Below are positions 10,374-20,771 of a DNA stretch of 21,209 bases, one piece after another. The stretch comes from Octopus sinensis (lineage: Eukaryota): assembly GCF_006345805.1 (NCBI RefSeq), contig NW_021823830.1:1-21209 (forward strand), written 5' to 3'. The position numbers and the translations under genes are program-made. The stretch's first letter is position 1. The number at the start of each line of letters is the position of its first letter. The notes under the pieces are model-generated. The model was not told where the DNA came from and did not search any database. It was given only the letters and a program-made list of their open reading frames with translations.

Positions 10374-10586
10374 AGGTGAACTGGCAGAAAAGTTAGCACA
10401 CGGGGCGAAATGCTTAGCGGTATTTCGGCTGCCGTTACGTTGTGAGTTCAAATTCCGTCGAGGTCGACTTTGCCTTACATCCTTTCGGGGTCGATTAAAT
10501 AAGTACCAGTTACGCACTGGAGTCGATCTGATCGACTTTCCCCCTCCACCAAAATTTCGGGCCTTGTGCCTAGAGAAGAAAAGAAT
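10374..10586 (+). mobile_element. SINE family B, short-tail subtype
   Basis: Head CTGGCAGAAAAGTTAGC, B-box GAGTTCAAATTCC, core GCCTTACATCCTTTCGGGGTCGAT..AAGTACCAG and tail CCCCTCCACCAAAATTTCGGGCCTTGTGCC. Confidence 0.92.
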
Positions 10587-10721
10587 GTTATAAAGCATAT
10601 AAACATTCATATGTATATATCCAGCTGTTATATATGAAGATGGATTTCTCTTGCATTGGTCGTTTTTGCTTGCAGACATTTCTATGTTTGTATGTGTAAT
10701 ATATCTCCTATCGTTTAGCTA

Positions 10722-10864
10722 TTTCACTCTTTAGACGCTGGCCCTTGAAGGGCTTTATTGAACAAATCGACCCTTGGTACTTATTCTGTTGATTCTTTTT
10801 TGTCGAACCGCTAAGTCACGGGTGCATGAACATACCAATACCGGTTGTCAAGCAATGGTGGGCG

Positions 10865-10899
<35 letters not shown>

Positions 10900-11074
10900 C
10901 ACACACACACACACATACGATGGTCTTGTTTCAGTTTCTGTCTACCAAATCCACTCACAAGGCTTTGCTTCGTCTGAGACTAGCAGAACTCACTTGCCCA
11001 AGGTGTCACACAGTGGGACTGAACCCGGAACCATATGGTCGGGAAGCAAACTTCTTACATACAGCCATGCCTGC
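10722..11074 (-). mobile_element. SINE family A copy
   Basis: CAGTTTCTGTCTACCAAATCCACTCACAAGGCTTTG...CACTTGCCCAAGGTGTCACACAGTGGGACTGAACCCGGAACC. Confidence 0.88.
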
Positions 11075-11079
11075 ATACA

Positions 11080-11103
11080 TAATACATACATACATACATA
11101 TGT

Positions 11104-11168
<65 letters not shown>

Positions 11169-11169
11169 C

Positions 11170-11215
<46 letters not shown>

Positions 11216-11270
11216 TAGATAGATAGAGAAGATAGATAGATAGATAGATGATATAGATAGATAGATAGAT

Positions 11271-11306
<36 letters not shown>

Positions 11307-11309
11307 CAG

Positions 11310-11346
<37 letters not shown>

Positions 11347-11455
11347 CATAGATAGATAGATAATAGATAGATAGATAGATAGAAGATAGATAGATAGATA
11401 GATAGATCGATTGTTTGATTGATTGATTGATTGATTGATCAATCGATTGATCGAG

Positions 11456-11496
<41 letters not shown>

Positions 11497-11539
11497 TTCT
11501 GCGTTGGATGGGGAAACGGTAACGATTGACAATTCTGCA

Positions 11540-11604
<65 letters not shown>

Positions 11605-11702
11605 TAAAGCATATAAGCAATCACAGTGTATTGGCTAATGAAAATAGTCGAATATTGGGGCATAGAAGCCCTCGACAGATAAAAGAGGATTTTTGTACGC
11701 AG

Positions 11703-11755
<53 letters not shown>
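11080..11755. repeat. Serial microsatellites: (TACA)n, (GATA)n about 11104-11407, (GATT)n, (AAT)n 11541-11603, (TG)n 11708-11753
   Basis: Read directly. Confidence 0.96.
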
Positions 11756-11756
<1 letters not shown>

Positions 11757-12329
11757 TTTACTACTGTTTTAATCTTTATATCTCTAGTACAAGAAATGTT
11801 TATAGAAAATTACATAAACATGTTTAAGAAAATGCACGTGGCTGTAGTTTTAAGCAGACTACAGCTTGGCTTGTTAATATAGAAACAGGCACCATTGTGT
11901 CTGAGGCTTTCGATTGGCAAATTTACCCAAAATTTGCCAACTTAAAAAGCTATTAACTTTTTACTTATTAATTTATGGCAAAATGAATTACATTTCCATA
12001 ATTAGCATATAAAACTACATTAGTACACCAAATTTGGATAAGCAACTGTAAATATCCCCAAGGAGTTCTATCTGAAGAAAGTGTTCTTAATATTTTAGTT
12101 TTAACTTCGAGCGAAATTCACATATCATTTGCGTTATCTACTTTCGGGCGAAGATATTGATTTCAAGTTGTTATTTCTATGAAACTCAGATCAATTGTGG
12201 CACTCATGATCGTAAGCGACAGAGTGCTAGTGCCACTTATATATTTAGAAATCCTGGGTTGCTAAGTCCACAGCAGCGAGACCTCTTATACGCGGGGGAT
12301 ACAGGGATGAATTTATTACAGGTTTATTA

Positions 12330-12337
12330 TATATATA

Positions 12338-12410
<73 letters not shown>
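12330..12410. repeat. (TA)n followed by (TTA)n microsatellite
   Basis: Read directly. Confidence 0.95.
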
Positions 12411-12411
<1 letters not shown>

Positions 12412-12738
12412 GGCGTAAGAGTGGCTGCGTGGTAAGTAGCTTGCTTACCAACCACATGGTTCCGGGTTCAGTCCCACTGCATGGCACCTTGGGCAAGTGT
12501 CTTTTACTATAGCCTCGGGCCGACCAAAGCACTGTGAGTGGATTTGTTAGACAGAAACATCGCTTGACAACCGATGCTAGTGTGTTTATGTCCCCGTGAC
12601 TTAGCGGTTCGGCAACAGAAAACGATAGAATAAGTACTAGGCTTACAAAGAATAAGTCCTGGGGTCGATTTGCTCGACTAAAGGCGGTGCTCCAGCATGG
12701 CTGCAGTCAAATGAAACAAGTAAAAGAGTAAAAGAGCA
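12411..12738 (+). mobile_element. SINE family A copy with an internal deletion of the (TG)n segment
   Basis: Has the intact head AGGCGTAAGAGTGGCTGCGTGGTAAG...GGGTTCAGTCCC and the central domain. It then jumps to CGCTTGACAACCG and ends with the tail GTAAAAGAGTAAAAGAG. Confidence 0.92.
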
Positions 12739-13450
12739 AAAGAGTTCTGGTGACTGATGTGCAACCAAGAAGTAAAACATCCTGATGTTTTATTTGCATG
12801 GCTGTGTAGAGCAGGAGGACATGACAAAGACCCTTCAGCAAAGATACAAATTTCCATGGTGTTTTTCATCCAGTAAGAAACGAGTAATGCGGTAAATATT
12901 TGCAACAATTTAATAGCTCTAATCTAAAAGTTAAGCTGCTGGAGTTTTATTGCAAAATGAGCGTTCTGTTAGTCAGGTATAAACTATCAACAAAGACTCT
13001 AATTATCCAGATATATTTTGATAAACTGGTCACGCATATGTTCGTGTGCACTTTAACAGCTAAGTAAAAGGTGATATACACCCGGACACTCTCTCATATA
13101 CAAACTACAACAATAGAACGGTTCTCTCAACGCCTGATCAAAACGCCTAATCAGACATTTTATTCAAACAGCTTTGCAGAATGCTTTTTTATGGAACATG
13201 TGCATATGTGCATGTCTGTGTGTGTGCGTGCGTGCGTGTGTGTGCGCCAGAGTGTGTGGGTGTGCGGTGTACGTGTTGTATTTGTTTCATCATTTTCTAT
13301 CGTGCAAAGATCGGAAACGTGTGATTCAGTGTAACGTCAGTTACATTTTCAGCTTAGAATTTGTCTGTGTGTATATTTATACATATATACACATGTAGAC
13401 ACACATACATGTGCTTGTGTGCTTTTACTGTGATGGTGTTTTTCTTTTTT

Positions 13451-13755
13451 GTTAAGCCGCATGGATATTTACAATTCTGTAAATAATAGTGATTTTATAA
13501 GCTTAAAGCTTATAAGCGATCGCCGCGCAAGGACTAAAGAAAATAGTCTAAAACTAGGGGATATAAGCCCTCGAGACGGAAAAAGTAGGTTTTCCCGTAC
13601 GCGTGGGGCTCGAACCTACACCTTTTTGTTTTCGCGACCGATTGTACTTTTTTCCGTCGAGGTTTATATACCCCTTTATTAGACTATTTTAAGCTTGTAA
13701 AATACTATTATTATTATTATTATTTACAGAATTGTAAAAATTGACGCCGCTTAAC
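13451..13755. mobile_element. Degenerate fold-back (MITE-like) element enclosing a tRNA-like fragment
   Basis: Arms at about 13451-13587 and 13645-13755 pair as GTTAAGC, TTTACAATTCTGTAAATAATA, AAAATAGTCTAA and GGGGATATAA..CCTCGA..CGGAAAAAGTA. The loop read on the minus strand contains GTAGGTTCGAGCCCCAC. Confidence 0.7.
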
Positions 13756-13930
13756 CAGAACTGTCGCAGTAAAAGCACGTGGAAGTTTATTTGCAAAAAT
13801 TATACAACGAACTAATTATTGCTCTTAAATCTGGCAAAAATAAGCAAAAATCTGGCAAAAATAAGCAAAAATAAGCATTGGTCTAAATGGTAGCGCACTT
13901 GGTCGCGAAAACAAAGAGGTGTTGGTTCCA

Positions 13931-14039
13931 GTACTAGGCTCACATAGAATAAGTCCTTGCGTCGATTTCTTCCACTAAAGGTAGTGCTCCAGCATGGCCG
14001 CAGTCAAATTATTGAAACAAGTAAAAGAATAAAAGAATA
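13931..14039 (+). mobile_element. SINE family A 3' tail fragment
   Basis: GTACTAGGCT...GTGCTCCAGCATGGCCGCAGTCAAAT..TGAAACAAGTAAAAGAATAAAAGAAT. Confidence 0.85.
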
Positions 14040-14087
14040 TATATATATATACATACACACACGTGTGTGTGTGTGTGTGTGTGTGTT

Positions 14088-14490
14088 ACTAGCTTCTGAC
14101 ATTAGACTGCAGCCATGTTAGGGGATTGCTTTGAAAGATTTAATCAAACTAATGGACCCCGTTATTTATTCTTGCAAACTTGGCACTTATCGGGTTTCTG
14201 CCGAACTGCTAAGTCACCTAGACATAAGCATACGAACACTAGTTGTCTGGCGGTGAATGGGAAAGGGAACACACAAACATACAAAGGTACATACACACAC
14301 ACAAGCATATACATCTACATATACGAAGGGTTTCAAGATAGTTTCCCTCTAATATATTCACTCACAACTCATTCTCGACCTGGGGTAATAGCAGAATATG
14401 CTATATGCTCATCAAGATGCCGCGCAGTGGAACTGAGCCTAAGACCACTTGGTTGCAATGTGAATTTCTTACAACTTCTTAACCACACAC
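14088..14490 (-). mobile_element. Old, diverged SINE family A copy
   Basis: GACTGCAGCCATG..., GCCGAACTGCTAAGT..., CACTCACAA... and GCGCAGTGGAACTGA are colinear with the family A reverse complement. Confidence 0.7.
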
Positions 14491-14701
14491 AAATATACAC
14501 ACATACACACTCACACACACACACATACACACTTACATATATATAAACACATACATATATATCGAAGTTTAGTGATGCAAACAGGATAATAGAACTCAAA
14601 ATATGAGTATATTTCTACAAGCACCGACAGTTTCCTAACTGCAATGCACGAAACTGTCGGCCTATATATATATATATTATATAATATATATATATATATA
14701 T

Positions 14702-15101
14702 ACTAGCAGTATCGCCCGGCGTTGCTCGGGTTTGGTAAGGGAAATAACTATATAAGCATTTTTAGAGAGTTATAGCCAAAAAATAGCAAAAAAATGCATT
14801 AAAAATTGAAAAAAATTAAGGTAATTTTTTTTTAAATCGTTGACACATCGTAGATATTTTTAGAGAGTTACTTCCCTTTATAATAACGAAAAATATGCAT
14901 TAAAATGGAAAAAATCTGATGGTAAATTTTTTTAAAATCGTAGACTCATCGTAGACGCGCGCTAATACCCAGAAGGGCTCGATATGAATCACGACTATAA
15001 GATACCCGCTTTTGGTTAAACTACACCGCAAAATGTGGGGAGTAGTTACGAATCTAAATCGTAGGAGCCAGACACACAACTTCACTCTTATATATAAAGA
15101 T
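14702..15101 (+). mobile_element. Non-autonomous Helitron/Helentron (HINE/DINE-like) element with an internal tandem duplication of about 100 bp
   Basis: 5' ACTAGC followed by the hairpin CCCGGC-GTT-GCTCGGG, and 3' CACACAACTTCACTCTTATATATAAAGAT. It is inserted next to (TA)n. The duplicated unit TTTTTAGAGAGTTA...ATGCATTAAAA...AAATCGT.GAC.CATCGTAGA is at about 14758-14853 and 14856-14955. Confidence 0.7.
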
Positions 15102-16355
15102 ATAAGCCACGTAGTTATATACACATACTTTGTTATATACACATTCTTAAAAGACAATGTTATTTGAACACAAACATTTACAAAGAATAAAATATTTTTG
15201 GTTTTTCTTAACCTTTCGTTACTATATTTCTGACCAAAATACAACCCTTATGTGTTTCAATTAATTTCTAACGTAATCATAAATTTAGTCTGATTTCATT
15301 AAAACTAACTATAACTTTTTTATTTATGAATACATTAATCTGATTTTTGGAAGATAATTTAGTGAAATGTTCTCAACCAATTCTATACTATAATTTTTGT
15401 CACAAAGTGACTCTAATTGCAGGTAGATACAGGTAAATTCAACAATATATAAAAATTATTAAAATTTGTTCAAACATCGCTATAGAGAAAATGGGTTATT
15501 AGCTAATATTCAATTGGGTATACAACAAAATTTACGATAGATTAGAATTTGTTATTCTGGGTAACTTTCTAATACCCATAATAATATTATGGCAAATAGG
15601 CCTTAATTTCATTTAAGGTTGTGGGAAATAACAAAACTATCGTTTCTTTCGCTTGTTTAGGTTGAGATCAAATACCACATGCTTTTTTTTTTCAGTCATA
15701 GAGTTAGATTTATGAAGGTCTTCAGTAGAAACCTTCGAATTCTGACTCGCTGCTTGATATAATGAAATTCGTATCCATTTTTGTCAGAATTACAAATTTT
15801 GAAAACACAATAGGAACAAATTTCGGAAAAAAATCTCCCATAATTCACGGAATTAAAATTACACTTCGATTTTTGTACAAAACTGTAGTTGAACTGTTAC
15901 GAAGTATAATACGTGTTTTCACGAATGTTCTAAGAGATTTACTCTGATATTCTCATTTAAAATATGAATAGGTAATTCGGGGGGGCTTGGTCACATTAAC
16001 CAAAATTTTTTTCGGGCGGTGGTTGGTGCAATTATTATACATATATCTATATATAATATTATATAATAAAATATATACAGAGTAAAATAAAAACCAATTT
16101 ACCTTTTCTGTATTGTTATTCGACCGTCCGGTGTCTTTGCAAATGTGTTGGAATGATAAGTGAGTGTGTGATTGGCGCCTTTTTTACTAATAACAAACAC
16201 ACACGTGTTTGTATGTAGTTGTTTGAAACGTTTGTGTTTGCCACTCTCATATATGTATGTGTATGCGTGTGTGTGAGGAATGACACACACACACTCACGC
16301 ACGCACACATGTACATCAATGCTTTTATGAGCGTCATAGAGAGAAACAAATATTA

Positions 16356-16433
16356 CATCGCCATCGCCATAGCCATCGCCATCGCCATAGCCATAGCCAT
16401 CGCCATCGCCATCGCCATACCCATCGCCATCGC
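16356..16433. repeat. Hexamer repeat (CATCGC)n, 13 units with CATAGC/CATACC variants
   Basis: Units counted directly. Confidence 0.95.
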
Positions 16434-16845
16434 ATTCTATTTTCTACCTGTCAACACACAGTGAATTAGTTTCAGTTTATTCATTGCACACTGTGTGTGT
16501 GCGTTTGCGTGTGGTGTAAACCAGACTAAGAAAAGCATTTGACACACACACCAGAATGTGAGTTTTCTGTAAATTTTGCTTAATTGGAGTTTAAATTTTA
16601 AAAACTGGACCTGGCATGAGGCGATGCATTGTACTCTCAAAAATGCCAGGTAAATTGTAATTGAAGAAATCCTATATTGTAGATTTGTATAACTCCCAAA
16701 GGGAGGCAGATAAAATCTGCCTTTTATAATAAGAGATATATATGTATATATATACAAATAAAATCGTTAATTTAGATAGCGATCAAATCTAGTGGCAGCA
16801 TGGGAAGAAAAAACCTTACAGGTTATAATAATTATCAAAATAATG

Positions 16846-17364
16846 GAGATACCACCATGCTTGAAATAGCAGTCAAAACCTGACTCCAAAACCACGTCTA
16901 GTATTCAATACAGCACAAAGTGAAAAGACAAAAGGCAAATGGACTAGTAAGAATTGGATAATTCCAGACCCTGGGTTTCTGACTACGTATAAAAATATAC
17001 TCTGCCGTTATCAATGAAATATACCATGATTTGTACATAAATACACACGTATATACATAAGCATACGAATACTCACGTATACGCACATGTATACCTGGCT
17101 TTAAAACCACATTATATTCACTGCGGTGGTATTTTGGCAATATAGCACATGGTGTCTGGGTGGACAACTGAATGTACAATTCATAGTATATTTCATTGAT
17201 AACGACAGAGTATATTTTTATACGTAGTCAGAGACCCAGGGTCGGGAATCATCCACTTTTTACTAGTACATTTGTGTTTTATCTTTTCACCTTGTGCTGT
17301 ACTGAATAATTGATGTGGTTTTAGAGTCAGGTTTTGACTGCTATTTTAAGCATGCTGGTATCTC
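16846..17364. mobile_element. MITE-like element: 193-bp inverted arms (16846-17038 and 17172-17364), 133-bp spacer
   Basis: Ungapped alignment with about 20 mismatches (about 90% identity). No clear target-site duplication seen. Confidence 0.8.
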
Positions 17365-17394
17365 TTAGATATCCTTGTTTACAATTTTATATAT

Positions 17395-17413
17395 TTATAC
17401 ATGCATATATATA

Positions 17414-17462
<49 letters not shown>

Positions 17463-17470
17463 ATATTATA

Positions 17471-17515
<45 letters not shown>

Positions 17516-17635
17516 TGTATATATACATATAGATGTAGGTACGTACATATATGTATGCATGCATATATTTTTATTTATTAATTATTATATGACTGAGCGC
17601 CGTCCATCGTTTCGTTTCTTTCCTCCAAGTAAGTT

Positions 17636-17684
<49 letters not shown>

Positions 17685-17760
17685 AACACACACATATGTA
17701 TATATATATATATATATGTACGTGTGTATGTATGTATGTATGTATGTATGTATGTATGTC
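17395..17760. repeat. (TA)n/(TATG)n microsatellite blocks
   Basis: Read directly. Confidence 0.93.
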
Positions 17761-18167
17761 GATTGAGTCGGTAGTAAACAGTAGATTTATGTGGATTGTA
17801 TATGACGAAATCATTAACATACAAACGCATCAATGAATGCACAAGCAGCAAACACATAAATGAGAATATATTAATATATCCTTCATTTCTATTGGTCAGA
17901 CTGAACTCTCTTGCTGGTGAATCTGCTATACATTATTAATATTATTATTCGTCCTTGTGGCAAATTGTTTAATCAATATTATTTACCTTTATTATTCATG
18001 GTTTGGAAAAAACGTCGTGTGTTCCGTTACTTACATTAAAAAGAATTATATTGGAAACACATTAAAACCGTTCAAGGTTAATAAATAATGAGTGCGAATG
18101 CAATAACAATATATTCATATCTATGTGTTGTTATTTTATACAGAAGTACCTACTGCCTTAACATTCC

Positions 18168-19425
18168 TTTTATATCCAAAGTCGGCGAGACGACAGAATT
18201 GTTAGCATGCCGTGAAAAATGCTTAGCGGCGTTTCGTCTGTCCTAAGTTCAAATTCCGCAAGGGACCACTTTGCCTTTTATCCTTTCAGGGTCACTTAAA
18301 TAAGCACCAGTTGAACACTGGAGTCGATGTAATCGACTAGCCCCTCCCCCCAAATTTCAGGCCTTGTATCTGTAGTAGAAAGGGTTATTTCTTATGACTG
18401 AAGGCGGCAAGCTGGTAGAATGGCTAGCACGCCGGACAATATACCTAGCGGCCTTTTGCCCATCTTTATGTTCTGATCCCAAATTTCGTTGGGATCGACT
18501 TTGCCTTGCATCCTTCGATAAAATAAATACCAGTTAAATACTGGGGTCGATGTAATCGATCATCCCTCTTGCTAAAATTTCAGGCATTGTGCCCATATTA
18601 GAAAAGATTAGTTTTATATCCAAAGGCGGCGAGCTGGCAGAAACGTTAGCACGCCGGGCGAAATGCGTAGGCGTATTTCGTCTGTCGTTACGTTCTGAGT
18701 TCAAATTCTGCCGAGGTCGACTTTGCCTTTCATCCTTTCGGGGTCGATAAATTAAGTACCAGTTACGCAGTGGGGTGGATTTAATCGACTTAATCCCTTT
18801 GTCTGTCTTTGTTCACTCTGTGTTTAGCCCCTTGTGGGCAATAAAGAAATAAGAATCGTTAGCGTGCCGAGTAAAACACTTAGTGGTACTTCGTCCGTAC
18901 TTCGCTCTGAGTTCGAATTCCACCGGAGTCGACTTTGCCTTTCAACTTTTCGAGGTCGCTAAAAGAAGTACAAGTTGAAAACTAGGGCCGTCGTAATACA
19001 CTAACCCCACTCCCTAAACTTGCTGGCATTGTGCCAAAATTTGAAATCATTATTTATATATCCAAATAAGGCGACATTGGGCAAAATGCTTAGCGGTATT
19101 TCGTTCGTTGTCTGGTTCTGAGTTCAAATACCGCTGCGGTCGACTTTACCTTTTATCATTTTGGAGATCAGTAAAATAAGTACCAGTTAAGCACTGGGGG
19201 TCAATGTAATCAACTTACCCCCTCCTCTCCGAACTTACTGACCTTGTGCTAAAATGTGAAACTATTATTTATATATCCATATAAAGCAACGAGCTGGCAG
19301 AATCGTTAGCAAAATGCTGAAAGGTAATTCGTCCCCCTTTACGTTCTGAGGTCAAACTCCACCGAGGTCGACTTTGCGTTTCATCCTTTCGAGGTCCATA
19401 AATAAGCATCTGTTGAGCACCAGTG
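18168..19425 (+). repeat. Head-to-tail array of six SINE family B units (starts at about 18182, 18400, 18622, 18855, 19068, 19283)
   Basis: Each unit carries variants of GTTC(A/G)AATTC, GACTTTGCCTT.CATCC and AAGTACCAGTT..CACTGG. Four units are preceded by TTTATAT(AT)CCA. Confidence 0.88.
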
Positions 19426-19613
19426 TACCTTTACGTTGGTAACATGTTAAATGTTTGGATGATAAACACTTTCTTGAACTGTTTTCTAATTCAACTACTA
19501 AGTCGGTATAATTCTTCATCTTATATTCTCCTTACTTTGCACATCAACGTTAAAGTTCTATAGAAATTCTGTGTCATTTATTAATATACACAGTATTTTC
19601 CCTTCATTATTTT

Positions 19614-19902
19614 CTGTTTGTTCCTTCTCGAGCCATGCCTGTTTCCCGGTTTCCTTGGCGGATAGGTTCCCCACCTGGACGGAATGCCGGTCCGTTGCAG
19701 GTGAGCTGCAAGATGCAGGAGGGAAGAATGAGAGAAAGTTGTGGCGAAAAAGTCAGCAGAAGTTCGCCATTACCTTCTGCCAAAACCACGTGGAGAATAG
19801 GTGTTTCGCTCATAAACATACACATCGCCCTGTCTGAGATTCGAACCCGCGATCCCTCGACCGCAAGTCCGCTACTCAAACCACTAGACCATGTGCCTCC
19901 AC
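19614..19902 (-). mobile_element. tRNA-derived SINE family C, near full length
   Basis: Reverse complement is GTGGAGGCACATGGTCTAGTGGTTTGAGTAGCGGACTTGCGGTCGAGGGATCGCGGGTTCGAATCTC (clear A and B boxes), followed by a body and the tail GGCATGGCTCGAGAAGGAACAAAC. Confidence 0.88.
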
Positions 19903-20059
19903 CGTTATTTTCTGAGACATGTGAAAATTATTAGCTGTATACAAGAACTATTTCTCAGAAATTTGAAACTGTATGATCAGCCGTATTCAGAGAAGCTTTG
20001 CTACATAGTTCTGTTTACCAGTATATTCTATGAGATTTCGTAATCATTATATGTGACTA

Positions 20060-20445
20060 AGATGGCGTGCTTATAGAACGGTTACCGCGCCGGACGGAAT
20101 GCTCAGCGGTATTTCGTCTGCCGCTACGTTCTGAGTTCAAATTCCGCCGAGGTCGACTTCGCCTTTCATCTTTCGGGGTCGATTAAATAAGTACCAGTTT
20201 CGCACTGGGGCCGATATAATCGACTTAATCCGTTTGTCTGTCCTTGTTTGTTGTCTCTGTGTTTAGCCCCTTGTGGGTAGTAAAGAAATAGGTATTTCTT
20301 CTAGATCTACGTTCTGAGATCAAATGATGAAGAGTTCGACTATGCCTTTCACCCTTTCTGGATTGATGGAATAAGTACCAGTCGATGCAATTGACTAGAG
20401 CCCTGAGCCAAAATTTCAAGCCTTGAGCCTATAGTAAAAGGGATA
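20060..20445 (+). mobile_element. SINE family B long-tail copy followed by the remainder of an older B copy
   Basis: Near-consensus body at about 20088-20298, then a decayed TACGTTCTGAGATCAAAT...GCCTTTCACCC...AAGTACCAGTC...AAAATTTCAAGCCTTG. Confidence 0.85.
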
Positions 20446-20534
20446 ATATATTCTTCTGAAGTTTATTACTAAGCAACCATATGCCATAGCTTGCACTGCC
20501 AATTAGTTAAATCGTACAGATCGTAGTCTTCGTA

Positions 20535-20593
20535 ATAATAACAATAATAATAATAATAATGATGATGATAATAATTAATAATAATAATAATTA

Positions 20594-20634
<41 letters not shown>
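20535..20634. repeat. Inverted (AAT)n/(ATT)n microsatellite
   Basis: Read directly. Confidence 0.93.
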
Positions 20635-20740
20635 CCTTTCTTTTATAAACACAAGGCCTGAAATTTTGAGGGAGGGGACTAGTCGATAACATCGATCCCA
20701 GAATTTCACTGGTACTTAATTTGTCGATGAAAGGATGAAC
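20635..20740 (-). mobile_element. 5'-truncated SINE family B (short-tail)
   Basis: CACAAGGCCTGAAATTTTGAGGGAGGGGACTAGTCGAT.ACATCGATCCCAG...CTGGTACTT. Confidence 0.8.
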
Positions 20741-20771
20741 GTTAGGGAGCATGAGATTTTAATTTTCTCTT

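Noticed and set aside
11914-11940. 11-bp stem TTGGCAAATTT/AAATTTGCCAA
   Set aside because: Short and AT-rich, with no associated element end; may be chance.
12157-12320. DLLYAGDT resembling the RT motif LLYADD
   Set aside because: A single weak motif with no supporting flanking RT motifs.
15205-16050. AT-rich stretch starting TTAACCTTTCGTTAC, resembling a piggyBac-like end
   Set aside because: No matching opposite terminal repeat or second TTAA boundary found; cannot be classified.
18168-19425. CRISPR-like or tRNA-gene-cluster reading of the regular array
   Set aside because: The units are about 220-bp SINE bodies with no constant repeat plus unique spacer layout, and I could not find a complete cloverleaf in any unit.
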